This document shows, one piece after another, positions 9,577-18,994 of a stretch of DNA of 64,000 bases. A program made the translations under genes and the position numbers. The notes below the pieces were generated by a model that searched no databases, was not told where the DNA came from, and saw only the letters and a list, made by a program, of their open reading frames with translations. Numbering within the stretch: the first letter of the stretch is position 1; every line of letters starts with the position of its first letter. The stretch is from Myxococcota bacterium (GTDB lineage Bacteria; Myxococcota_A; UBA9160; SZUA-336): positions 1,088,001 through 1,152,000 of the forward strand of contig CBDFGR010000003.1 in the NCBI GenBank assembly GCA_965247115.1, read 5' to 3'.

Positions 9577-11895
9577 GTGAGCGCTTCGGAGACGGCGGCC
9601 TTCGATGGGCTCCGCGTCCTCGACTTTAGCCAGGGGATCCCCGGGCCCATGGCCTGCATGCTGCTGGCCGACCTGGGAGCCGAGGTCATCAAGGTCGAGA
9701 CGCCGTCCGGGGATCGACTCCGTTCGCATCCGGGCTACCTGTGCTGGAACCGCAACAAGCTGCGCGTCGAGATCGACCTGGAGACGGGTGCTGGACTGCA
9801 GCGGGCCCTGGAGCTCCTCGCGAGCGCGGACGTCGCCGTTTTCGACGATCCCCCCGCCGGATTGGAGGCGCACACCGTGTGCGCGCAACAGCCCGGGCTG
9901 CTCTACGCCGCCCTGCCGCCCTACGGACATACACGATCTGGTGTGGATCTGCCGCCCGATCATGCACTGCTCACGGCTCTCTGCGGGGTCGCCTTCCAGC
10001 AGTTCAGCTGGGAGGATGTCCCCGTCTACCTGGTCACACCGCAACTCGGCTACGCGCACGCGCTGGTCGCGGCGGTCGCGCTCGCGGCCGGCGTGATCGA
10101 GCGAGCCGGGACCGGCCTGGGACAGGTGCTCACGGTGAGCGGCCTGGACGGAGTCGCTGCGGCGACCAGCGGGAGCATGCTGCACGCCGAAGGCGTGCCC
10201 CACCGGCAGCGCAGCCGAGGTGCCAGGGGCGGAGTCCCGAACTATCGGCTCTATCGCTGCGCCGACGGAGAGTGGCTCTTCCTCGGTACGCTGCTCTTCG
10301 CGCACTTCGTGAGGGCGCTGAAAGCCATGGACCTGCTCGACATCATGGTCATGGAGGGCGTGGAGGGCGAGTTCGCAAACGTGATGAAGCCTGGCGTGGC
10401 CGGACGAGTTGCGGCTCTATTCGAAGCCCGCTTCGCGGAGAAGGATCGCGAGGAGTGGCTTGGCATCCTGCACGAGCACGGTGTGCCGAGGGGCCCGGTC
10501 GGAACCAGGGCCGAGTGGTTCGCAGGCGAGACCGTTGCCGCAAACGAGATGCGCATATCGCTTCACCACGCCGAGCTCGGACGCGTCGACGTCCCCGGAG
10601 TGCCCGTCAAGCTGAGCGAGAGTCCGGGCCGGGTCCGTCACCTCATGCAGACTGTGCCGGTGGACGCGCTCGCGCCGCGTGAGCCCGCCCGGCTCGGCAA
10701 CGCCCCCGCACGCCCCGGAGGTCCGCTCGCCGGAGTGAGGGCGCTGGATCTCGGCGCGATCATTGCCGGGCCCTTCGCGACGACCGTACTCGCGAACTTC
10801 GGCGCGGACGTCATCAAGGTCGAGCCCCCCCCAGGGGATGCGCTCCGAGCCTACGGGCCGGGCTTCGTCGGCTTCAATCAGGGCAAGCGCAGCCTGGTTC
10901 TCGACCTGAAGCGCCCTGAGGGGCTCGAGGTCTTCTATGAGCTTGTTCGGCAGGCCGATGTGGTCTGCGACAACTACCGCCACGGCGTGCTGGAGCGCTT
11001 GCGGATCGACTACGACACCTTGAGCCGGATCAACCCGCGCATCATCTCCACCTCGGTGACCGGTTACGGACCCGTGGGTATACTCTCCCGCGACCCGGGC
11101 TTCGATCCGATCACGCAGGCGCGCAGTGGCCTCATGGCAGCACAGGGCGGGAACGATGAGCCCGTCTTCCACACCATCGCGGTCAACGACAACACGAGCG
11201 CGTTGGTCGCGGCGTTCGGAATCCTCGCAGCGCTCCACGCGCGTGATACGACCGGGCGCGGCCAGCGGGTGGAGACGTGCCTTGCGAACCAGGGTGTCCT
11301 GTCCCAGTCCGGCGAGCTCACCTGGTACGAGGGCCGACCTCCGGCGCCGCTCGGCGACCGCGACTGTCTTGGAGTGGGCGCGCTGCAGCGCTTTTACCCT
11401 TGCCGCGACGGTTGGCTCGTGGTCGCGTGCACGGAAGGCTCGCACTTCCGTGGACTCTGCGCGGCGCTCGAGCACCCGGACTGGCTCGGGCGCTGGTCGG
11501 CCGAGGCCGCACTCGACGAGCCCCGCGACGGGGCATTGGCCGCTCTGATCTCCGACACGCTGAAGCAGCTCCACTCCGCCGAGGCGCTCGAGCGCTTGTT
11601 GGCCCAGCGTGTGCCCGCGGCACCTGCCACGAGAGACGAGGACGTGTTCTCGAACTCCTTCTTCCTCGACAACGACTTCTTCTGGGAGACACACCACCCG
11701 ACGCACGGCCCGATGCTGAGCGTGCGGCGCTACGCGGGCTGGAGCCGCACCCAGGCGGGCTTTGCCCGACGCGCCCCGGAGCTCGGCGAGCACAGCGAGG
11801 AGGTCCTGAAGGAGGCCGGGTTGGCGGAGGAGCGTATCGCAGCGCTGATCGACGCCGGGATCGTCGGCGCCCAGGCGCGTAGCGACCCCAGATGA
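9577..11895 (+). CDS. Tandem-domain class III CoA transferase (CaiB/BaiF)
   Basis: Two repeats of the GxRxLD...GP...LAxxGAxVIKVE domain; ends RRAPELGEH. Confidence 0.9.
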   Translation: MSASETAAFDGLRVLDFSQGIPGPMACMLLADLGAEVIKVETPSGDRLRSHPGYLCWNRNKLRVEIDLETGAGLQRALELLASADVAVFDDPPAGLEAHTVCAQQPGLLYAALPPYGHTRSGVDLPPDHALLTALCGVAFQQFSWEDVPVYLVTPQLGYAHALVAAVALAAGVIERAGTGLGQVLTVSGLDGVAAATSGSMLHAEGVPHRQRSRGARGGVPNYRLYRCADGEWLFLGTLLFAHFVRALKAMDLLDIMVMEGVEGEFANVMKPGVAGRVAALFEARFAEKDREEWLGILHEHGVPRGPVGTRAEWFAGETVAANEMRISLHHAELGRVDVPGVPVKLSESPGRVRHLMQTVPVDALAPREPARLGNAPARPGGPLAGVRALDLGAIIAGPFATTVLANFGADVIKVEPPPGDALRAYGPGFVGFNQGKRSLVLDLKRPEGLEVFYELVRQADVVCDNYRHGVLERLRIDYDTLSRINPRIISTSVTGYGPVGILSRDPGFDPITQARSGLMAAQGGNDEPVFHTIAVNDNTSALVAAFGILAALHARDTTGRGQRVETCLANQGVLSQSGELTWYEGRPPAPLGDRDCLGVGALQRFYPCRDGWLVVACTEGSHFRGLCAALEHPDWLGRWSAEAALDEPRDGALAALISDTLKQLHSAEALERLLAQRVPAAPATRDEDVFSNSFFLDNDFFWETHHPTHGPMLSVRRYAGWSRTQAGFARRAPELGEHSEEVLKEAGLAEERIAALIDAGIVGAQARSDPR

Positions 11896-11929
11896 GCTTG
11901 GATAGAGTCCGAATAGGGGGGGAGCAAGA

Positions 11930-12115
11930 ATGAAGACACGTCTGCTAGCGCTTCTGGTCCTGATCGCGGGGGCCACGGGCTGCTTCGCGACCAAGCTCGT
12001 ATCGGTCCCTATGCGTGTGACCGGCGCCGTGATCTCCGTGATACCAGTTGCGGGCAACACGGCCCACGACGCGATCGACTCGGCGGCCGACATCGTCGAC
12101 GAGGTCCCGATCTAG
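11930..12115 (+). CDS. Small lipoprotein (DUF6726-like)
   Basis: Signal with GATGC lipobox; TKLVSVPMRVTGAVISVIPVAGNTAHDAID pattern; GGAG RBS. Confidence 0.7.
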   Translation: MKTRLLALLVLIAGATGCFATKLVSVPMRVTGAVISVIPVAGNTAHDAIDSAADIVDEVPI

Positions 12116-12135
12116 TCGCTCGCGAGCCGGCCCTG

Positions 12136-12552
12136 CTAGCGGTCGGGAAGCGCGTCCTCGCCCACGTAGCCCGGGTCGTCGTCGTAGAGGGTTACCGTCA
12201 GCGGGAGCTGGTGACCTCCGACAGTCCACTCCCAGCGTCGTGGGCGCTCCGACACCAGGGGTGCGGTAATCAGATCGCCCATCCCCCTGTAGAACCGGAT
12301 CTGGCCCTTCACGAAGCCCACCGGAAGCCCGAGGGCCGCGCCGAGCGTTGCGGGGACGTCATGCCGATGAAAGTCGATCCCGTGCGTTACCGGAGTCACG
12401 ATCAGCTCCATGGGCGAGTACAGGACGTCTCCGACGGCGTAGATGATCTTGACGGTCACTCGCTTCAGATAGGATCCGGGACCAGCGTGTGCGTCGAGCG
12501 GCAGCGTCCACGTCAGGCCTACGATCGTCATCGCCAACAGCAGTCGTCTCAT
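12136..12552 (-). CDS. Exported hypothetical protein (weakly TIGR04073-like)
   Basis: MRRLLLAMTIVG...AHA signal peptide with GGAGAGG RBS; family resemblance is tentative. Confidence 0.55.
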   Translation of the reverse strand: MRRLLLAMTIVGLTWTLPLDAHAGPGSYLKRVTVKIIYAVGDVLYSPMELIVTPVTHGIDFHRHDVPATLGAALGLPVGFVKGQIRFYRGMGDLITAPLVSERPRRWEWTVGGHQLPLTVTLYDDDPGYVGEDALPDR

Positions 12553-12910
12553 GTCGCTTCCTCTCCAGTCCCCTCCGAGCTTGGACCATGGCTCCATGCT
12601 TGGATCATTGCTCATCGGCGCCCGACAACCGGGACTGTACGCGCTGGCGAGAACGTCAGTCCTTGTCGTCAACTGGTCGCAAGACGATCGCGGAGCAAGT
12701 GCCGCAGGCGCCGCCAGGATGTGGAGCAGAACGGCAAGGCTCTACGGAAGATGGACGACGGCCGGCTGCAGAGGGCCGGGAAACAACGAAATTCTCCCTT
12801 TTCTTGCTGCAGTGGTGGACATTCTGCCTCAAGTAGGATAGCTAGCGGTGTGGCCCGCCACTCGGCTGCGCCTCGGACCCCCGGGTCGCGTGCCTCCCGG
12901 GGGCCTAGTC

Positions 12911-12926
12911 CGGCACGCCCCGTGCA
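12911..12926 (+). promoter_or_regulatory. Possible sigma-54 -24/-12 promoter
   Basis: CGGCACGCCCCGTGCA has exact GG-N10-GC spacing and resembles TGGCAC-N5-TTGCW; about 350 nt upstream of the sigma factor gene. Confidence 0.3.
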
Positions 12927-13274
12927 TCAGAATCGGGCATCCAGCTGGGTGGCAGCGAGAGAGGCGCTCCGCTCCGCGGAGAAGGAGTTTACTTCCACTA
13001 GACGGGTGAATATTTCTCCGGGGTGGGCGTCTGACCGGTGGCCCAATCCCCGGAGGGTTCGGCAGGCGCACAAAGCCGCGTCGGCCGAACGGCTTGTCAT
13101 CCCGCGCAAATGCGTGGGACCAGCCCGTCGCGGCTCTCACTCCCGGGCCGTGACCCACACAAAGCAGCGAGAAGACAATGCGCGCGTGCACCTCTCACGC
13201 GCTCGAGGGGACCTGGCGGTTCCCGGCTACGAAAAGCCGGGCCCCGTCTCGAGGGCCCAGGAGGACTGGAGGGG

Positions 13275-14807
13275 ATGACCCTGAACGCAGCCTCGAGTGA
13301 ACTCGAGAAATGGAATTCGAACGCGCCCGATCTGGGATCGGACACGGACTCTGAGGCCGTGCGTCTGCCCCTGGGAGTAAAGCTGCCGGAGGCGCAGCCC
13401 CGGACCAAGCCGACGAACGAGCTTCACGATCGCGACCCGCTGGTCTCGTACTTCGGGGACATCGGGGGGATTCCGACCCTGCAGAGGGAGCACGAGATCA
13501 TCCTGGCCAAGGAGATCGAGTCAGCCACTCACGACTTCCGTTTGGCGATCCTCTCGATCCCATGGACTGCGGAAGAGACGGTCCGGACCTGGCGCGGTCT
13601 GCTGGACCAGAGTCGCGTCACGGGCAAGATCTCCGAGTCCTTCAACAGCAGCGCTCCGGCTGCCGAGGATCTCGGCGAGCGCGTGGACACGAGCCTGGCC
13701 AAGGTAGAGCGCCTGCTCGCGAGGCGGGAGAAGCTGGTGAGCGAGGCCCGCCCGCCCATTGCGAAGCTGCAGCGTCTCGATCAGCGCATGGCGCGGCTCC
13801 TCGGAGACATCGATCTCTCCCTTCGGCTTCTCGAGCGCATTCGCACCGCTCTGCTCGAGCGGCGCGACAGCCTCGTGCACGCCCTGGCGCAGCGTGAATC
13901 CCTCAGCGCGAAGCGCCGCGCACCCCGCAGCGAGCGGGGCCGCGCACGGCGGCGCGCCGAGTTGAGCGAGCTCGAGAGGCGACTGGCTGCCCTCGAGGCC
14001 GACGTCGGGGTACCGGCGAGCGTGTACCTGGAGCGCCTTCGGGCGATGGAGGACGCCTGGGATCGCCTGACAGTGTTCAAGAATCGCTTCGTCCAGCACA
14101 ACCTCAAGCTCGTCATCACGCTGGCGAAGGACTTCCGGAACATGGGGATCCCCTTCCAGGATCTGATCCAAGAGGGGAACATCGGCCTGATGCGCGCGGT
14201 GGAGAAGTTCGATCATCGGCGCGGGTTCAAGTTCTCCACGTACGCAGTTTGGTGGATTCGTCAGGCGCTGGTGCGGACCATCCAGAACCACTCGCGCACC
14301 ATCCGCATCCCGAGCCACCTGCACGACACTCTTCGCAAGTACCACCGAGCCCGAAACGACCTCGAGCGGGAGCTCGGCCGGGAGCCTAGCCCTCCCGAGC
14401 TGGCCCGCTTCATGGAGCTGGACGAGGAACGGGTAGAGCAGCTCGAGGGAATCGTGCGCGAGCCGGTGAGCCTGGAGAAGGCGGTACCCGGCACCGACTC
14501 GAAGAAGCTGCAGGACACGGTCCGAGATCCGGATCCGGTCTCCCCGCTCAGGGGGATGGATCACTCTCGCCTCGAGCACGCGATGCAGGAGTCCATCCAG
14601 ACACTCTGCGAGCGTGAACGCGACATCCTCCGCTGGCGCTTCGGGCTGGACGGGGGCCGCGAGCACACGCTCGAGGAGATCGGTCAGAAGCTCGGGCTAT
14701 CCAGAGAGCGCGTGCGCCAGCTGGAGGCACGGGCGCTGGAGCAGCTGCGCAGCGGCGAGACGCACTCCCGCCTCGAGCCCTTTGTCGCGGAGCACCAGGA
14801 CCTCTAG
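13275..14807 (+). CDS. Sigma-70 family RNA polymerase sigma factor (RpoD/RpoS-like, no region 1.1)
   Basis: Region 1.2 DPLVSYFGDIG; region 2 DLIQEGNIGLMRAVEKFD..RGFKFSTYAVWWIRQA; region 4 TLEEIGQKLGLSRERVRQLE; GGAGGG RBS. Confidence 0.93.
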   Translation: MTLNAASSELEKWNSNAPDLGSDTDSEAVRLPLGVKLPEAQPRTKPTNELHDRDPLVSYFGDIGGIPTLQREHEIILAKEIESATHDFRLAILSIPWTAEETVRTWRGLLDQSRVTGKISESFNSSAPAAEDLGERVDTSLAKVERLLARREKLVSEARPPIAKLQRLDQRMARLLGDIDLSLRLLERIRTALLERRDSLVHALAQRESLSAKRRAPRSERGRARRRAELSELERRLAALEADVGVPASVYLERLRAMEDAWDRLTVFKNRFVQHNLKLVITLAKDFRNMGIPFQDLIQEGNIGLMRAVEKFDHRRGFKFSTYAVWWIRQALVRTIQNHSRTIRIPSHLHDTLRKYHRARNDLERELGREPSPPELARFMELDEERVEQLEGIVREPVSLEKAVPGTDSKKLQDTVRDPDPVSPLRGMDHSRLEHAMQESIQTLCERERDILRWRFGLDGGREHTLEEIGQKLGLSRERVRQLEARALEQLRSGETHSRLEPFVAEHQDL

Positions 14808-15112
14808 ATCCCCAAGTTGCTCAGCATCTGGGTGAGGCGGTTCAGCGTTCCCGCGATCGTAGTATGATCCGCCTCGAACTCCAGGGCCAGCTCCGAGATG
14901 CGGCTGGACAGCGAGTGCTGCTTGCGCGCGGCGGCGCGCGCGTCCTGAGTCGAGTCCAGGCTACGGCCGATCTCCTCCATCGCGCTCCGTAGCGGTGCGT
15001 GTCTCACTATCTGCCCGCTCGCCCCAGTGCGAGCTGCGAGGGCCGTCCAAGTGGTCTGGACATCGGTAGGCAGGTAGTCTCCGACCTCCGGAAGATCGAT
15101 GGTCGTCCCCAA
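14804..15112 (-). CDS. DUF4404-like small protein, 5' end unclear or degraded
   Basis: C-terminus FEADH..IAGTLNRLTQMLSNLGI matches the DUF4404 pattern; N-terminal part atypical. Confidence 0.5.
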   Translation of the reverse strand: MGTTIDLPEVGDYLPTDVQTTWTALAARTGASGQIVRHAPLRSAMEEIGRSLDSTQDARAAARKQHSLSSRISELALEFEADHTTIAGTLNRLTQMLSNLGI

Positions 15113-15127
15113 CAGCAGAGGTCGGGC

Positions 15128-16378
15128 ATGAGCAGGGACGGCACCCCGAGAGCCGGAGCTGGCCGGCAGCAGGGCGAGGGTTCCCGCCGCTTGCGTGCCG
15201 GGCTACGCCGGCACGGTCTCGCCCGGCAGCCGACCGCGCTCATGCGCCTGACCCGGGCTCACGACCTGCGGTTCACGGACGGGAACCGGATCGCGCTCTT
15301 CGACACGGGTCGTGCCGGGCTCGAGGCCATGCTGGACGCGATCGATGCGGCGAGTGAGCGGGTCCACCTCGAGACCTACATCTTGCGAGATGACGAGATC
15401 GGCAAGCGTTTCCTCGAAGCCCTGTCTGCGCGGGCGCGCCAGGGTGTCGCTGTGCGTCTTCTCTACGACGCCGTAGGCTCACGCGGTCTCCATGACTCCT
15501 CGCTCGAGGAGCTGCGCAGTGTCGGCGCGGACGTGATCGCCTTCAATCGGCTCGGACGCTTGTACGCGAGGTTCGCGCCAAGGAAACGAGATCATCGCAA
15601 GATCCTGGTCGTCGACGGGCGGGTCGCGTTCACTGGCGGACTCAACATCGGCAACGAGTACTACGGCGGACCCGGAGACTCGAGGCTGGGCTGGCGCGAC
15701 GCCCACGCGCTCATCGAGGGTCCGGCAGTTCGCGATCTGGAGGCCGTCTTCCTCGAGAGCTGGTTCCGGGCCGACGGCCCAGGGCTGATCTGGAACGACT
15801 TCCTCGACCGCGCGCCTCCTCCCTGCGGCGATAGTCGCTGCGCTGTCCTCGCGGACGGCCCGGTCTATCGGCGCCGACGGACCCGGGCGCTGCTGATCGG
15901 CGCGCTGGGCGATGCGAACGCCACGGCCGGGCTCACCAGTCCGTACTTCGCACCCGGCAGGCGGGTGCTCGAGGCTCTTGCACGCGCCGGGCAGCGCGGG
16001 GTGCGCGTGGACTTGCTGCTCGCCGGCAGAAGCGACCACCCGGTGCTCCGCCGCGCGGCCCGGGCAAAATTTTCCGGCCTGCTACGCGCGGGGGTTCGGG
16101 TGTTCGAGTACGAGCGGACCATGATGCACGCGAAGACGGCCGTCTTCGACGACTCCTTCGCGGTGATCGGCACTTCGAACCTGGACCGCCAGAGCTTCGA
16201 ACGCTCCTACGAGGTCAACCTGGTGATCGCCGGCGGGGACGTCCCTCGCCAGCTGCTCGGGAACTTCGAGCGAGACTGCGCGCTCGCGAGCCCGATCGAC
16301 GAGTCGATGCTCGCATCGAGGGGAGTGGTGGAGCGAGTCCTCGACGCGCTCGCGTCTGTTCTCGCTCGCTTCATGTAG
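15128..16378 (+). CDS. Cardiolipin synthase (ClsB-like phospholipase D)
   Basis: Two HKD motifs (DHRKILVVDG...GGLNIG; MHAKTAVFDD...GTSNLD), YDAVGS; no N-terminal TM helices; start approximate. Confidence 0.88.
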   Translation: MSRDGTPRAGAGRQQGEGSRRLRAGLRRHGLARQPTALMRLTRAHDLRFTDGNRIALFDTGRAGLEAMLDAIDAASERVHLETYILRDDEIGKRFLEALSARARQGVAVRLLYDAVGSRGLHDSSLEELRSVGADVIAFNRLGRLYARFAPRKRDHRKILVVDGRVAFTGGLNIGNEYYGGPGDSRLGWRDAHALIEGPAVRDLEAVFLESWFRADGPGLIWNDFLDRAPPPCGDSRCAVLADGPVYRRRRTRALLIGALGDANATAGLTSPYFAPGRRVLEALARAGQRGVRVDLLLAGRSDHPVLRRAARAKFSGLLRAGVRVFEYERTMMHAKTAVFDDSFAVIGTSNLDRQSFERSYEVNLVIAGGDVPRQLLGNFERDCALASPIDESMLASRGVVERVLDALASVLARFM

Positions 16379-16404
16379 AAACTCGGGACGAATCCAGCTC
16401 GCGG

Positions 16405-16734
16405 TCAGTGTGTCCGATGGCGGCGCAGCTCGTAGAGCCCTTCTCTCAAATCTCCGAAGAGCTCTTCGACCTGTGGATGCTTGACAGGCCCTCCTGTCGC
16501 ATCCGCCAGGAGGTTCTGCTCGGACACATAGGCGATGTAGGGAACGCTCGCGTTCTCGGCGAGCAGGTGGTAGTAGGGCTGGTCCTTGCTCGGTCGCACC
16601 TTCTCGGGGATCGACAACCACCACTCTTCGGTATTGCTGAAGGTCGGATCCACGTCGAACACGACACCGCGAAATGACCGGAAGCGGTGCCGCACTACCT
16701 GTCCGATCCGGAATTTCGCGTTTCGATTGATCAT
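16405..16734 (-). CDS. hspQ: Heat shock protein HspQ (YccV-like)
   Basis: AKFRIGQVVRHR...RGVVFDVDP...DQPYYHLLAEN...YVSEQNL. Confidence 0.9.
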   Translation of the reverse strand: MINRNAKFRIGQVVRHRFRSFRGVVFDVDPTFSNTEEWWLSIPEKVRPSKDQPYYHLLAENASVPYIAYVSEQNLLADATGGPVKHPQVEELFGDLREGLYELRRHRTH

Positions 16735-16845
16735 TGAGCCAGCGCCACGCCCATCTTATCAAACTGCTCCGTTGGGTTTGGCCCAACCTCGGCAAGAGCG
16801 GGTGCACTGGCAGCGTAGCGGCACCCAGGCTTACCTTCCGGGCTC

Positions 16846-18954
16846 ATGGCGATTCTCCCGCAGAGACGGCGTCTCAAGAAGGAGCTCACGCTTCTCAACG
16901 TCTACGCGATTGCCACGGGCACGACGCTGAGTGCGGGGTTCTTCCTGCTCCCTGGACTCGCTGCAGCGCAGATCGGCTCCACGCTGGTCTTGGCGTACCT
17001 GATCGCTGCCCTCCCTTTGATCCCCGCAATGTTCAGCGTTGTCGAGCTCGCAACAGCCATGCCTCGGGCCGGCGGCATCTATTACTTCCTGGACAGAAGT
17101 TTGGGTTCGTTCGTGGGCACGGTCGGTGGTATCGGAACCTGGCTAGCGGTGGCACTCAAAGCATCCTTCGCGCTGGTCGGGATGGGTGCGTACCTCGCCC
17201 TCTTCTTTCCGGAGCTTCCGGTCAAGCAGCTAGCGATCGGCTTCACGCTGACCATTGGCGCGCTCTGTCTCTACGGCGCGAAGACGAGTGGAGGCTTTCA
17301 GGTTCTCCTCGTTTCAGGCCTGCTCTGCATCCTCGCGGCCTTCGTCGGTGGCGGGCTACCGCTGCTCCAAGAGTCTCACTTCAGCGCTTTCTTCGAGCCT
17401 GGCGTGGGCTCGATCCTGTCCACGGCCGGGTTCGTGTACATCAGCTACGTAGGCGTTACGACCGTGGCGAGTCTCGCAGAGGAGGTGAAGGACCCAGAAC
17501 GAAACCTACCCCTTGGCGTGTTTCTCGCGCTGGGCACTGCGATTCTCGTGTACGGCCTGGGAACGGCAGTGATCGTGGGCCTGGTCCCACCCGACCGGCT
17601 CGCAGGAGACCTCACATCGGTTGCGACCGCCGCAGACATCCTGATCGGAGGGTGGGGCACGGTGCTGATCTCCGTCGCGGCGATCCTGGCCTTTACATCC
17701 GTGGCAAATGCCGGCCTGCTGAGCGCCTCGCGTTTGCCACTTGCGATGAGCCGCGACCATCTCGCGCATCCTGCCTTGCGACACCTTGGGCGACGCGGCA
17801 CGCCGACATACTCGATCCTGCTCACCGTCGGGCTCATCGTCATGATTCTGGTCTTCCTCGACCCGACGAACATCGCGAAGCTGGCCAGCGCCTTTCAGCT
17901 CACGGTCTTCGGCCTCGCCTCGGTGGCCGTCATCGTCATGCGCGAGAGCCGCATCGAGTCGTACGATCCAGGCTACCGCTCACCCGGCTACCCATGGATG
18001 CAGCTCTTCGGCGTAGCTGCCGCCGGCCTGCTGATCGTCGAGATGGGCACGGCACCCGCGCTCTTCTGTGCCGGGCTGATAGGGCTGAGCTCCGCCTACT
18101 ACTGGTTCTATGGCCGCGGGCGGACCGACCGCGCTGGCGCGATCTTCCACGTGTTCCAGCGCCTGGGCGAACGACGCTCGCTCGCATTGGATCCCGAGCT
18201 GCGCAGCCTCTTGAAGGAGAAGGGTCTTCGCGAGGAGGATCCCTTCGAGGAGGTCATCGCGCGCGCGGAGGCGATCGACGCGGAGGACGGGATGACGTTC
18301 GAAGACGTCGTGGAGCAAGCCTCTGAGTGTCTCGCGCGGCGCCTGCGTTACCCTGCAGGAAACCTGCGAGAGGGCTTCCTCCAGGGGACTCTGATCGGCG
18401 CGACGCCGGTCGAGCGCGGGGTCGCACTTCCCCACCTGAGAATGGCGGATGTGGATTCGCCGGAGCTGGTGCTCGTACGCTCGCGCGACGGAATCCATGT
18501 ATCGACCGGAAGCCTGCTCGGGACCCCCCACGCCCCTGAGCCCGTCTACGCGATGTGCTTCCTCGTGAGCCCCGAGCACGATCCGGCACGTCACCTACGG
18601 CTACTCGCCCAGATTGCGAGTCGGGTAGACCAGGACGACTTCCAGCCCGCCTGGCTCGAGGCCGCGGACGAGCACGCCCTAAAAGAGGTACTGCTGCGCA
18701 ACGAGCGCTTCCTCTCACTCGGCGTCCACAGGGGATCTCCGACGGAAGCCCTCCTGGGCCGAGCGATCCGCGAGATCTCGTTTCCCGACGGTTGCCTGGT
18801 CGCGATCGTCCGACGCAGCGACGAGGTCATCGTGCCGCGCGGGAGCACGGTGCTGCACGAAGGCGACTGGCTGACCGTGATAGGCACCCCCACGGGAATC
18901 CGGCGCTTACACCAGCAGTTCGTAGATGAGCGGGAGCGACCCAGCCAGGCTTGA
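16846..18954 (+). CDS. APC-family amino acid permease fused to PTS EIIA-like and TrkA_C (RCK_C) domains
   Basis: GTTLSAGFF, ELATAMPRAGG, AEEVKDPERNLP; GVALPHLR EIIA motif; C-terminal IVRRSDEVIVPRGSTVLHEGD. Confidence 0.85.
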   Translation: MAILPQRRRLKKELTLLNVYAIATGTTLSAGFFLLPGLAAAQIGSTLVLAYLIAALPLIPAMFSVVELATAMPRAGGIYYFLDRSLGSFVGTVGGIGTWLAVALKASFALVGMGAYLALFFPELPVKQLAIGFTLTIGALCLYGAKTSGGFQVLLVSGLLCILAAFVGGGLPLLQESHFSAFFEPGVGSILSTAGFVYISYVGVTTVASLAEEVKDPERNLPLGVFLALGTAILVYGLGTAVIVGLVPPDRLAGDLTSVATAADILIGGWGTVLISVAAILAFTSVANAGLLSASRLPLAMSRDHLAHPALRHLGRRGTPTYSILLTVGLIVMILVFLDPTNIAKLASAFQLTVFGLASVAVIVMRESRIESYDPGYRSPGYPWMQLFGVAAAGLLIVEMGTAPALFCAGLIGLSSAYYWFYGRGRTDRAGAIFHVFQRLGERRSLALDPELRSLLKEKGLREEDPFEEVIARAEAIDAEDGMTFEDVVEQASECLARRLRYPAGNLREGFLQGTLIGATPVERGVALPHLRMADVDSPELVLVRSRDGIHVSTGSLLGTPHAPEPVYAMCFLVSPEHDPARHLRLLAQIASRVDQDDFQPAWLEAADEHALKEVLLRNERFLSLGVHRGSPTEALLGRAIREISFPDGCLVAIVRRSDEVIVPRGSTVLHEGDWLTVIGTPTGIRRLHQQFVDERERPSQA

Positions 18955-18994
18955 CAGTGCATCAAGCGCCGTCTTGTAATGGCCGCGCTTAACC

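Noticed and set aside
16405..16734. Functional linkage of hspQ to the lon operon
   Set aside because: About 14 kb apart with unrelated genes between; proximity probably coincidental.
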